Assembly (NCBI GenBank): GCA_026023565.1
Contig: JAPETS010000031.1
Location: forward strand, 1 to 64,000
Direction of reading: 5' to 3'
Length of the DNA stretch: 64,000 nucleotides
Source of the DNA: Cirrosporium novae-zelandiae
Lineage: Eukaryota
A program made the translations under genes and the position numbers. Below are positions 1 through 11,802 of the stretch, in pieces. The notes under the pieces are model-generated. The model searched no databases, was not told the DNA's origin, and saw nothing but the letters and a program-made list of their open reading frames with translations. Every line of letters begins with the position of its first letter. The stretch's first letter is position 1.

Positions 1-560
1 AATCCCCCCCCCCCCCCCCCCCTCCCCCCTTAAGCGACATGCGGACAATAAAATGAGTCATCATCACAGTATATCCTCATATATATCCTCAATACCATTC
101 ATAACATCTACCCACCCCTCCATTCCCCCTCCATCCACTTCCCCATTCCATTTATTCTCCCTCCATGAACAAGTTGAGTGTAACCCTCCCCCCCCCCTTA
201 GTAGAAATATAGAAATGTAGAATATAACCACACTACACACGCCCCCACCCGCCCATCCACCCATCCAACCTCTTTATTTATTTTCTCGGACCAAAAAAAA
301 AAATAGAAAAAAAAATAACCAAATTCGCCCAGAGATGATTTATTTATTCATGAGATTGGTTAGTTGGTTGGTTTGGTTAACCATGTGGTGATCATGTGGT
401 GATATCCGTCCGTCCGTCTAGCAGGCAGGCAGGCAGGCTGGTTTGTTTGTTGCGCCTGAAGGAAAAGTTCTAGCACTCGTGCCGATACCAATTTCAATCA
501 CTCAACTCAACTCAACACAGATACTGACTAACTGGCTGGCTGACTCGCTCACTCACTCAC

Positions 561-1984
561 TCACAAAACCCTCTCCCTCACCCCCTCCAAAACCTCCACC
601 CCCTTCCCTTTCCCACTCCCACCACTCCCACCACTCCCCCCACTTCCAACTAACCTCCTCTTAAGTACATTCTCAATAAATGATTCCCCAGCCTTATAGG
701 AGCTTCTAACCAGGGGACCACTAGCGCAGTACAGGAAGCCCATTTCCAGGGCACGACGCTTCCACATGGCGAAGGTGGCGGGGGTGACGTATTCGGTTAC
801 TTTCATGTGGCGTTTTGTGGGGCGCATGTATTGGCCGAAGGTTACGACGTCGCAGTTTACGGCGCGGAGGGCTGTGGGGGGGGGGTGTTAGTGGGTTGTG
901 AATGTGATGGGTTTGGGGTTTTTGGAGTGGAGGCGGGGGGGGTGGATTAAATACCACACATACCTTTTAATGTTTCGTAGACTTGGTCTTCTGTTTCTCC
1001 TAAGCCAAGCATGATGCTGGTTTTGGTGATGACCCCCTCCTGTGCCTTCTTAGCTATATCTAGGACCTTTAAGCTCTGTCGAAAGCTGGCCCTCCGATCC
1101 CTCACCATGGGCGTCAGGGCCTCCACCGTCTCCATATTATGTGCGTAGACGTCCAATCCGCTCCTGGCAACCAGCTCCACCATCTCTGTGTCGCCCGCGT
1201 AATCCCCCGTCAGTGCCTCCACCAGCATTGTGGGGGCCTTCTGCTTGATTCTCATAACTGTTTCTGCGAAGTGGTGGGCGCCTCCGTCCGCGAGATCGTC
1301 CCGGTCCACAGATGTGAGCACCACGTATCCCAATCCCCACCGGCGTAGCGCCTCCGCCGTGTGCTCTGGCTCATGGGGATCCAGCGGCGGCGGCGCCCGC
1401 GAGGTCTTCACGCTGCAGAACCGACAGCCCCGTGTGCATGTATCCCCCATCAGCATGATCGTGGCCGTGGCTGCGCTCTTCTGGCCTCCGCCCCAGCAGT
1501 CCGACATGTTCGGACACCGTGCCTCCTCGCACACCGTGTGCAGATTCAGGCCGCGGAGATCGTTTCGGATTTTCTTGTACGAGTTTCCGACGGGCACGGG
1601 GGTTTTGAGCCATTCTGGCAGTCGGGTTATTTGCTTTTGTTTCCCTGGGGGGCCTACCAGGGCGGTTTTTAGTTCGAAGGCTTCGGCGGGGTCGAGGGGC
1701 GCTGAGGTGGTGCCCCCGCCGACGAAATCGGAGAATGAGGGGCCGGCGTTGAGCCGGTCTTGGAAGGTTGTGGGTTTTCGTTTGGAAGGTGGAGTGGTAT
1801 CTGTGGTGGTGTTGGTTGTGGTTGTTGCGGAGGAGGGATCTTGCTCCGTGGCGAATGAGCGCGATACTCCAGTTCCAATTGTTCGTGGGAGTATGAAGGT
1901 GGGGTTTGCGTGGGAGAGAGATCGGAGGAGAGGAGCCTGCAGCTGTCGGAGCTTGCTTGCTGTCGAGGAGGCTGCCATTGTCAT
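561..1984 (-). CDS. LIP5: Lipoyl synthase, mitochondrial (radical SAM); exons 1984-964 and 871-561
   Basis: [12 protein letters not shown] and CTRGCRFC Fe-S motifs; C-terminal [18 protein letters not shown]...CAG intron 963-872 joins ...ETLK to [19 protein letters not shown] in frame. Confidence 0.96.
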
Positions 1985-2465
1985 GGTTAGATAGCTGACT
2001 GGCTAGCTAGGAGGGGCGTGTGGAGGAAATGTTGAGATGGTGGTGAGGGACGGACGGAGGAGCTCCAACTTTCTAGATACCTTCACGGAGGATTTCAGAC
2101 CGACGGTGGAAGAAGAAGAAGCTTATTACTCGATCCCGAGCGAATTAAGGCACAGCTCATTGGTTCGATTTTATTTTGCCAGTAATGTAATTGTGCTTTT
2201 TGTGCTTGCTTAAAAATAACAATTTGATATTATTGCAGAACGAAGATAATACATCATTACTGTGTATCTGAGCATTCTTTTGCTTTGTCTTGTCCATTTC
2301 ATTTGATCTCCACCAGAGCTACCACGCACGTGCACGCACACACAGATTGCGGCAATGGGACATACCAACTCCGAACACAAACAGTCAAAAAAAGCATCCC
2401 CCACATCCCATCAATTTCCTCCAATCTTTTTCGCATACTCAAAAAAACTGATGTAAAAAGACTGA

Positions 2466-2537
2466 TTCCGCATCGGGGAATCGAACCCCGGGCTGCTCGG
2501 TGAAAGCGAGCGATGTTAGCCACTACACCAATGCGGA
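2466..2537 (-). tRNA. tRNA-Glu (anticodon UUC), intronless
   Basis: Reverse complement TCCGCATTGGTGTAGTGGCTAACATCGCTCGCTTTCACCGAGCAGCCCGGGGTTCGATTCCCCGATGCGGAA: acceptor stem, GCTCG/CGAGC anticodon stem around CT-TTC-AC, GGTTCGATTCC T-loop, and a T5 Pol III terminator just downstream. Confidence 0.97.
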
Positions 2538-2898
2538 TATAGATCGAAGCGTCTTCTGGTTGCTTGCCTAGTTGAAATCACAACACTAATAATGACTTAT
2601 TATCATCATAACATGAAGTTTCTCGGGATGAAGGTTTAAGATCCGGAGAGGGATTTTTATTTTTCCTTGGCTATTACCGTAGGGGATTTGTTGAAGAAAT
2701 CTTGGTTTGCTGTCATGGGTGAAATGTTATCGTAGATTTCTATTCCGCAGTTGTATGAAATAAATCTTACAGTGACTTCAGTGTAGGGGGTGGGTACATC
2801 AAAAACACACTTTCATTTACTTTTCGTTGCCATATTCATCTCATAAACTATTTGTATTGTATGTTATCCTTTTTTATCTCTACTCTACCATCCATCTT

Positions 2899-4298
2899 TT
2901 AAGCAGGCACCGCGCTTGGCTTGATATCTCCTTCCTTGAAAGAACTAAGCTCAGGAGTTCCCTTCACTGGTGGTCCTGAAAACCTTGTTTGCACGAATGT
3001 CTTCACAATTCCCTTCTCCTTCTTGTCAAAGACCGCATACAACTGCTGGAACTCATCAATATTGAATCGATGGCTCAGAATGATGGTTGGATCGAACTCT
3101 CCGCTTTCAATCTTCGCCAACAGGTCCTTCCAGTACTTCTGAGCGGGTGCTTGTCCGGTGCCTCGGAGGGTAACACCTTTCTCCATGAGTGCGCCTATTA
3201 GGAATTGGTTTGCCAGTGCGGCGTAATCCGCGACGAGGGAGATGGTTCCGAATTTCCGGACAGCTCGAAGACATTCATTGACAATTCCCGACGAGTCGGT
3301 TTCGAGACCGATCGCTCGTTGGACCGTGTGCAGAATTCCCTTGGTGTACCTGAACGCAGCAGCATCAATGCAACAATCAACCCCTTGGTCTTCAAGTTCG
3401 TAGATCGCAGAAACCACATCTGTCTTCTCCGAGAAATTTATTATATCTGTAGCACCAATCTCCTTCGCTAGATTCAGACGCCTAGGAACATTGTCGATGG
3501 CAATGATACGTCTTGCGCCTACAAGCTTACTCCATCTTGTCGCAAACAACCCTATTGGGTCCATTCCCCAAATTGCAACACTCTTGTCTTTTTTGACCTC
3601 TGCACATACGACTGAATGGTACGATATAGGTATGATATCCGAAAGGTATAGCGCTTTCTTATCGGGAACGGAATCTGGAATCTTGAGAAGATTTGTGTCT
3701 GCAAACGGGCAACGAACAAATTTCGCTTGTCTACTAGCGAAGCCTCTAGTAAAATGAGTATATCCAAAAAGACCAGCAAAGGGCTTTCCATAAAGCTTTT
3801 CCTGGATAGTAGAAGTATTTGTCTCAGAGCACATGCTTGAAAGGCCTTCCTTGCAGAATTTGTAGTTACCACAGCTAAACAACCAGTTTGTCAGTACAGA
3901 AAACAGGCAACGCAGAACAAGGAGGGAATATACGCAATCTGGAAGCTTGCTACAACCCTATCCCCCACTTTGAGATTCTTCATCTCATCCCCAACCTCAT
4001 CCACCACACCCATCCACTCGTGGCCCAGGATATCTCCCTGCCGTAACTGCAAAATCTCCTTATGATAGAGATGCAAATTGCTACCACAGACTGTCGTCCC
4101 AGTAACCTTGCAGACAACATCCATCGGATCCGTGACCGCGGGAACCGGAACCCGTTCTATGCAGACATCCTGATTACCATACCAGCGGAGAGCAAGCATC
4201 AACTCGTTGGGGCGAGTCTTGAGAGTCACGGATGCAGCAACAGCAACAGGACGGTCCCCGAGCTTTTCTTCGAGCTTGTTGGCAACTATGGTATTCAT
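2899..4298 (-). CDS. Zn-dependent medium-chain dehydrogenase (FDH-like), possibly degenerate; intron 3933-3875
   Basis: TVCGSNLHLY, GHEWMG and GDRVV motifs; structural Zn cluster C-x2-(Y)-x2-C-x7-C; altered Rossmann IWGMDPIG. GTATAT...TAG intron restores the frame. Confidence 0.88.
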
Positions 4299-5061
4299 GG
4301 TGGTGGTGGTGGTGGTGGCTGCGTTTGTTAGTTATGGGAAGTCTCTCATTATATAGCTACTACTTTTTTAATACAGGGGGCTTAGATCTGGAGCGATCAA
4401 ATAGGCGGTAGTAGTTGAATATAAGAAGGTGATGATACTTTTGGTTTTATTGTTCTACTTTGAAGAAGTAGAACAGGAATGAATTGTAAGAGAGACTACT
4501 GAAATGCTAGCTTATGGAATGACTTGACATATATAGCTATACTTTGTATATTGTGTTGAAATACCTATTAAATTGAAAATGTCTTAAGCAATAAAAGACG
4601 TCATGATGAAGAAAGGTGGCGAAAAAAAGACGAAGAAGTCAGGCCTGGTAGTCTGGTCTAGTCTACTGTGGTATCCTAATCAAAGACGATTTGAGAAACC
4701 CATCTAAATAGCATTCGTGCGACGCTTCTATCATCATTATACAGTCCAGTCACTTTGAGATACGCGGTACTCAGGATTTGAGAGAATTATATTTTTGTCA
4801 AAAGGGGGAAAAAAGGACTCTACCAGAGTGTAGCGAGGCTTTGACGTCGAGAAGCCAGAACTACCACCGCCTAGCATTTCTATATCATTATGATTCTCCA
4901 ACATCCTTATCGACGCCAATTTCACTACTCTTCTTCCTTAGAACTCGGAGTATAGGTAGCGTCCAGATTTTATAGGAACCCATTACTGATCAACAACACA
5001 ATCATCCATCGTTTACGTTTCAACAAGAAAAAAAAAAACAAATTGCCTAGTTGTTTTTTGT

Positions 5062-8000
5062 TTAAGCAACGGATGAGATGATCAGTGGAGCCACCCCTTC
5101 CTCCTCGCTCCGTACAGATATTTTCATTGTTACGCCCGTTTTCGCCGAATAGGCCATCCTTATCAATGATGCAACTCTGCCCCCTGAGACTGTCTTTCCG
5201 TAGAGCTTCAATGTGTGTGTGCTCGTGCTAAGAGGGACATCTGTTCCGTCCAGTGGTTGGAGGGACAGGGCTTTTGTTAATTGTTCTGTTGCATCTGTGG
5301 ATACATTGTTAATCGAAATGAACATAGCAGTTTGGTAGAAAAAACCTTACCTGCAATACCCTTCACATTGCTTAATTGTAGAGTTTCCGAAGCTTCTTCC
5401 CCATTTGCACCTGTCTGTTCCCAAACATGGTCAAAGCTACCAGCATATGCAGGAAGGACATAATCACTTCCTGTAAATTCCAGGTCTTCCACTTCGTACT
5501 CATCATCGTAGCCACTCGCATCGGGCTCACCTGAACTTGGATCGATTTCTTTGCTCGTAAATTTCAAGACGTTGTTAAATGATGTAACAGGGAATAGGTT
5601 ATCTCCAATCTTCTTGAAGGAGACGTAGACAGTGCCAGGCTCATCGGTCGATAGCTTCGCGGCTGGGATGATGAAATCTTCTTCCAGAACTTCATCCTCT
5701 GATGGAGTGGCAACCACTGTAACATCTTCTAGAACGGTATCCGGGAGAGTGTTTTTGATATCATATTGAAGAACAATGTGCTCCTTGAAAACATGCTTCA
5801 CAGCGCTGACAACATATTCTGTCTCGCTCTCAGTCAATTCTACCAAAACAGATGATTTAAGCACCGATCCATAGGCTTTGAGTTCGGGGATCTGCATAAG
5901 CTGTTGGGAATATTTCTGGGCTGCTGCGGAGGCGGAAATAGCCCCATCGGCCGCACCATTGACTTTGACCTTGTTCGGTCCTGTTGATGGGGCTTTGAGC
6001 GTTGGAGTTGCAGTTGTCAACTTCTTGGTACGTTCTTCAGCTAACGCTTGCTCTTGCGAGACAACCGGAATTGAGGACAAGTCAAAAGCCTTGGCGAAGT
6101 TGGATTTATCGTTTGCGGTGACATATAGCACGAGTTGGTGCTCGAAGGTAGAAAGAGAAAACATGGATTCTGACAGCGTTAGCTTTCATCTCCAAAACTC
6201 GAAATGATATATACCATTCTTGACAAAACGTTCGGCTACGTCATCATCTTCATCCATCAATCGAAGATTCAATACAGCACGATCTCGTACTTCATCGTCC
6301 AAGTCATCCAAGCATCTATTTAATAGTACCCTGACACTTCTTTTGACCTCAGGGTCCTTTTGTCCAACACCGAATTTAGCCATGGCGGTCACAGCTGCCG
6401 CCCGCACGATGGCATTTTCGAGAACAATTCGATTATAAATATATCGAATATACTTGGTTGGATGTGGCGTTTTTGGACCTTCAACACCCAAAAGGTGAAG
6501 AATTCTTACAGCGAGTTTGGTAAACTCACAATCCTCAATGAACTCGCAGAGATGTGCAAGGGCTGTTTTTGTTAGCTTTAGTTGAAAAACGGGTGGAAAA
6601 AGCCTACCGTCTTCTTTGCTACCAGGGACGAACTTTATCAAGTCAAACATACTTTCCACAACAGTTTTCTTGAATTCATATCCACCCTCATCCCTTAATG
6701 TGCCACTCAGGAAGGAGAGCATGCCGGCCTGCTTATTCGGGAACTTTAGACAGAGTGTACGAATAGCTTCAACAATGGTAACCTTGAATTCGTCAGTAAT
6801 ATCCGCCATGAAGCCTTGTATTTGCTTCATTAGACGGTCTACGCTCGATTCATTGCCGGTCTTCAGAAGGGTTGTGATGGCAAACGTCGCGATTGAACGG
6901 TTGCTATTGGAAATCAGAGCCTCAATGTCAGGGTTGCAGGCATGAACCGCCTGAGGCTTAAAGGATGCGAATTTATGCAATATCCGGATAGCGGAGAATT
7001 TGGTAACTGCTCGAGGAGATGTGAGGAATAGCTGTAAAACATGTATGGCTTGGCTGATTTCGGCATCAGTGGCATCGGGGATATCACAAATAGCCTTTGC
7101 TGCTTCAAAGTTAACCATCTCACTCTTATGTCGAAGCCATTGATCAAGAAGTTGCATCATAGGTTTCCGCAAGCTTTGATCTTCTTCCGCCAGTCTCGCT
7201 GCCATCCTAACCAGCATAACTGTAGCAGCGGGGCTTTTTACAACACTTGGGGCACCATATTGTTGTACCATCTTCACCAATGCCATTCGGTCATGGGATC
7301 GCATTTGATAGAGCAAGCCGATTGCATGGTATTGTGTCATGTAGCTAATATTGGCTGGCAGAGCATGGCTGGTCCCAAATCCGAGAGAGAATCCAGAAGA
7401 GGATTTCCCACCAGATGCTGCTTCTTGAGTTTCACTTTGCCATCTCCGAACAACATCCCGAGCCATGGGAAGGAGGTGGTATGAAGATACAAGAGCCGCG
7501 GAAGAGACCGACGGTGTTTTGTCGACAATTGCGGTTTTGAGGATACGCTCGATTGCAGGGACATTATTAGCCTGTTGATACTATTAGCATACCCGCCCTT
7601 ATATGCCGAATTAAACAAGGATGCATACATCAATAATGCGACAAAGGGCTCGAATAGCATTTGCTCTGAACACAACATCACTACCAGTTTGTGCATCCTT
7701 CATCACCATACTTGTAACCATGATAATATCTTCTGCGCTACTTGAGAGCTCTTTAATTACAAGGTATACCATCTGCCGTAACGAAGGGTCCTTGTTCTGG
7801 AAGAGCTTAGAGATGCCAAAGAAGAGAGTCGTGGCTTCATTAGTAGGGAATTTCTCCCCGGTAAAAAAGAGGAGGGCAATCTTGGTGAGTAGAATTCGAC
7901 ATCGTCGCGGTGATACAGGGGTTACATTAAATATTCGTGCTAGGCGGCGTAAGCATTAGGTCCTGGAGTAGAACTGAACATCTTACCCTCCTGAAAGACG

Positions 8001-8062
8001 GAGGTTCTGTCCACCTTCACAATTGCCTGGTCGGCATCCTCATCTTTCTTTGAATAGCTCAT
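5062..8062 (-). CDS. SEC21: Coatomer (COPI) gamma subunit, multi-exon
   Basis: N-terminus MSYSKKDEDADQAIVKVDRTSVFQE (intron 7986-7940) ARIFN; motifs QYHAIGLLYQMR, LAHLCEFIEDCEF, ELTESETEYVV; several short GT-AG introns, including an in-frame 45-nt one at 6607-6563. Confidence 0.96.
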
Positions 8063-9138
8063 TTCGAGAGCGGTTCCCGATATCCGTATACGGTATTCTT
8101 GTTAAATATATGGTTGGCGCCGGGAATTTCTTGTTGAGGCCACCGAAGTTCGTTCTAGAGGTCGGACGGAGAAAGGTCGGTGGTTCATTCACAGCACAGC
8201 AGAAACGTCCATACCGGGGGGAAAATGAAGGAATGTGTTAGTTGTGTTGTAAATGATGCCTTGGATAAGAGCTACCCGTAGGTATGAACTGGAGTTGTTA
8301 ATTCTTACTGTTCACGGGTTTGAGGCAGCTCAGTCCATACATAACTAAGGAAAGTAGGAGTCGAGTTGGCTTCAAGTGCGGTAACAGCCACAAATCGTGG
8401 CACAGTCACAGTGACAAACTCTTCAAAAATGCCAAGACATGACCCAACGGCCAAACTCGACAGCTTGCGTGCTTGGCACTCCCGACACTCCGTAAATTGC
8501 TACGAGGACTTTTATACTACTACTTGGGTATGTACAGTACATTAACGAGAATCTGGCACATATGTGGAACAAGTCTCAAAGATCTCCCGCATGTTTTGAT
8601 ATTTGTTTCATTGACTCTGCCTAGCAGATGTCCATTTAAGTAAGTTAGATACGTAGTTCATCCCCTTAACCGCACCCGGTGCTACATTCCGCCATATACT
8701 TGTAGATTCATGACAGAAAAGAAGCATGGAGAAAACCATGAAACCAAACCAAAATATCAATAGAGAAGAGGAAATACCGATGGGGAATCGATTCAAAGGA
8801 CACGCCAACATATCCTAGCAGCAACGAAAAGAAAAATAATAAATATAGATAGAAAGAGATTGACGCCATGTCGTACATGTTTGTTCATGAAGATAGGCGG
8901 TTCATTCAAACCACAAGATAACGAGAAATTCAAGCAAAGCGAAAAAGAATATTAACCAGCTCAATGGTGAAAGCAAGTGTTGCCGCCCTAGATTCATCCT
9001 CTAAAGTAAAGATAAATATTCCTACAAGATAAATAACCACGACCGTCCACCACCATATTAGACAATGATAGACCCGTTTTTTAAGCACATAAAACACAAC
9101 CAAGTCATCACATACACCTCAATTTACCGAGAAGTCTT

Positions 9139-11802
9139 TCAATTGCCCCCAACAGTAGTCCCGTTCGGCATAGTTATAGCAAAGTTATCGAAATCAAGTG
9201 AATAGGAATGCCCGAGGTTCAACTTGCCCCCTGAAAACGTGCCGCTGAAAGATGATTGAATCCTTTGTTGGGCTGTAACAGCCGAATTCAGCTCACCCGT
9301 TTCCTGAAGAACAAAAAGAACGGCAACTTGGGCAAAATCCACATCGTTGTCGCTGGGAGTATCACTAGACGTGGAGGTTGAAGTTGAGGAGGAATATGAT
9401 GATGACGATGTCGTTGTCGAATCAGTTACTGCTGTAGCAGATGTTACTGCAGCGGTGGTTGTAGAAGTCTTTGAAGTTTTCGTTGAAGCCGCAAACACGA
9501 TACCGTTAGATGTCACTGCATGTTCCTCGCTCCGAAGTATTACAAGGCCTGTTGCACGACCTTTGAGGTAGGCGGTGGATGTTGTTGTGGGAATTGATCG
9601 AGGTTCAGCCATAGGCACATCAACCTCGAAAAGGGGTAGTGATCGGCGCCTTTTGCTATCTTCAGTGAATGTCACGAGAGCATTTTCACTTGTGCAGCTT
9701 AGATTGGTGGAGCTGAATATACTGAGAACTGTCGATGCCTCGAGAGAAACACTGAAATTGCTCTCTGCCCCCTTAAGTATGCTAGGTATCAAACTGCCAG
9801 TGGTAGCATTGCTTATGGTCTTATCACTGGAGTCCAGATCCGTAGTCACACAGTTATCGTCCGGGGAAATGTTGCAAGTAGACCCTGTATACCCGTTGAG
9901 GCAAACACACTTGCATACATTGTTGACTGTAACACTTGTTCCTCCATTATGGCACGTGATAGTGTTAGGGCAGGATCCTGCGTTGAGGGATGAAGAACTC
10001 GAGCTATCTTTCTGATTCGGGAGGATTACCAGAAACAAGATTGGAAGTATGACGGCCAAGGCAACAAGTATAATCAAAATGCAGAGGAGAGTGATAAACA
10101 TGCAAGGGCGCATGCCACAGCACCTACGTTCTTTCTTCGGGTCACTCAGATCCTCAGCACTTTGAGAATTAGCAAGTTTTGAGCCACCAAAGGGAGAAGG
10201 CCATCTAGAATGAGGTCGGGAGGATGGACTATTTAAGCCAGGATTGGGGAATGAGTTCAAGATATCAGACAACCCAGAACGGCGATTTTGGCCGTTGTTA
10301 GGCCCACCAGGCGAACCATTGAATAAATCCGTTAGACCCAGTCTGCTTGCTGTTCTCCCACGATCAAGATTGGATGCAAGCCGTGTTGCTCTTGCAATAA
10401 GATCTGGCAGACTAGTCAGACTACCGCGTGCTTCTGCTTGTTTGACTGCATCAATGTTCAGCCGAGGCGGTTTCCGGATACGAACTTTATCACTCATTGA
10501 CGGTGCGTGTTTTAGCATATTAGCATTGGTATCCGGCTGTAGACTCTTTTCCAACCCAACTAAGCTCGAGTTACTATGATACGTTTGAGGTGTCATGGCT
10601 CGAGGATGTTTTGGAATCGGGTCCAGCATCATAGGGATTTTCTCAACGTCAATCAAGGAGGATGATGATGATCCAGAAGAAGCAGAACTTGAATCTGGCG
10701 TTGTTGCACGCTCATTCAGTCGTCCTCCAGTTGGGGATTCGTTATAATCCTGATGCTTCATTGGCATTGGAGAGGCTGAAGCACTCGCTGCTAGACTTCT
10801 AGATGGAGTAAATTCTTTCCTGCTGGCCAGAGATTTGAGCGATGGACTGTTTGGATCATTTGAACTTTTGATAGTCCTCAGAGAGGGCTTGTGCCTCCTA
10901 CCCAAACTCGCTTGTCGTACTAAAGTTGTAGAATCGTCGTTTTCTATACTACCAGAAGAACGGTTGCCATGCTCTTCGTCCGAATCATAATTCTCCTCGT
11001 CTTCTTCGGTGACCATCTGACCATCTTTGAACACGTCCGCTCCAGGGGGAGCTGAACCCCAACTCGATGGAATGGCTTTGCTGGAGGCAAACGACCGAGG
11101 ATGTCGTGAATCGTTGTCCGAACTTTCTTCTGGAATTGGAGACACATAGGAAGCCTGTGAATAGTATGATGAGGGACCACGTCGAGGCGGAGGAGGGCCA
11201 AGGCTTCTACTGCCACGAGGTGGGCCAAGACTGGCTACAGGTAAAATAGGGACTGGAAAGTCGGGTATGCTTCCGACCGAAGATCCGACGGATACTCTTG
11301 AAGGCTGACTTGACATAGAGTCATACTTTGAGGAGGCAGTTCCATCATCATCATAGTATTGAGGCCGTGGAGGAGGATAATTATGGGTTTGTGGTTGCTC
11401 TTCCGACTCATATTCCGGTTCACGTCGTCGATTGGGAACGGAAGGCGCAAATTCATGGATCTTAGAAGAGTCCAAAATTGAAGGAACATTACTTGGCCGT
11501 GGTGGTCTCTGTGGCGGGGGTCCTTTCTTCAATGGTCGATCGCCTGGCAATTTTTCAGCGCTGCTATTGATCTCTTCTGCTAGAGGCCATTGGGGCATTG
11601 GGGCTGGCCTTGATATTGCTGCGCCAATTATATTGGGGTTCGATCGAACTGGAGGTGGTTGTCGACGTGCTTGGGGGGTTGCACCTTGAGCTCTTTTCCG
11701 GGTATCAGCTGCTATCTTCTCCCTTGCTCGTTGAACAGCGCCAACAGCAATACCCTCCACCGGTGGGTGGGGCTTTTGGCCTCTTGGAAAATCTCCACTC
11801 AT
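9139..11802 (-). CDS. Fungal single-pass membrane protein: long Pro/Ser-rich cytoplasmic N-terminus, TM helix, EGF-like domain, Ser/Thr-rich ectodomain
   Basis: 887-aa single ORF; RRCCG then hydrophobic FITLLCILIILVALAVILPILFLVIL; EGF-like C...CHNGG...CKCVCLNGYTGSTC. Confidence 0.8.
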   Translation of the reverse strand: MSGDFPRGQKPHPPVEGIAVGAVQRAREKIAADTRKRAQGATPQARRQPPPVRSNPNIIGAAISRPAPMPQWPLAEEINSSAEKLPGDRPLKKGPPPQRPPRPSNVPSILDSSKIHEFAPSVPNRRREPEYESEEQPQTHNYPPPRPQYYDDDGTASSKYDSMSSQPSRVSVGSSVGSIPDFPVPILPVASLGPPRGSRSLGPPPPRRGPSSYYSQASYVSPIPEESSDNDSRHPRSFASSKAIPSSWGSAPPGADVFKDGQMVTEEDEENYDSDEEHGNRSSGSIENDDSTTLVRQASLGRRHKPSLRTIKSSNDPNSPSLKSLASRKEFTPSRSLAASASASPMPMKHQDYNESPTGGRLNERATTPDSSSASSGSSSSSLIDVEKIPMMLDPIPKHPRAMTPQTYHSNSSLVGLEKSLQPDTNANMLKHAPSMSDKVRIRKPPRLNIDAVKQAEARGSLTSLPDLIARATRLASNLDRGRTASRLGLTDLFNGSPGGPNNGQNRRSGLSDILNSFPNPGLNSPSSRPHSRWPSPFGGSKLANSQSAEDLSDPKKERRCCGMRPCMFITLLCILIILVALAVILPILFLVILPNQKDSSSSSSLNAGSCPNTITCHNGGTSVTVNNVCKCVCLNGYTGSTCNISPDDNCVTTDLDSSDKTISNATTGSLIPSILKGAESNFSVSLEASTVLSIFSSTNLSCTSENALVTFTEDSKRRRSLPLFEVDVPMAEPRSIPTTTSTAYLKGRATGLVILRSEEHAVTSNGIVFAASTKTSKTSTTTAAVTSATAVTDSTTTSSSSYSSSTSTSTSSDTPSDNDVDFAQVAVLFVLQETGELNSAVTAQQRIQSSFSGTFSGGKLNLGHSYSLDFDNFAITMPNGTTVGGN

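Noticed and set aside
1230..1994. 254-aa plus-strand ORF, and similar antisense ORFs such as 23892-24518
   Set aside because: Shadow frames of LIP5 and of the ankyrin repeats; no independent coding signal.
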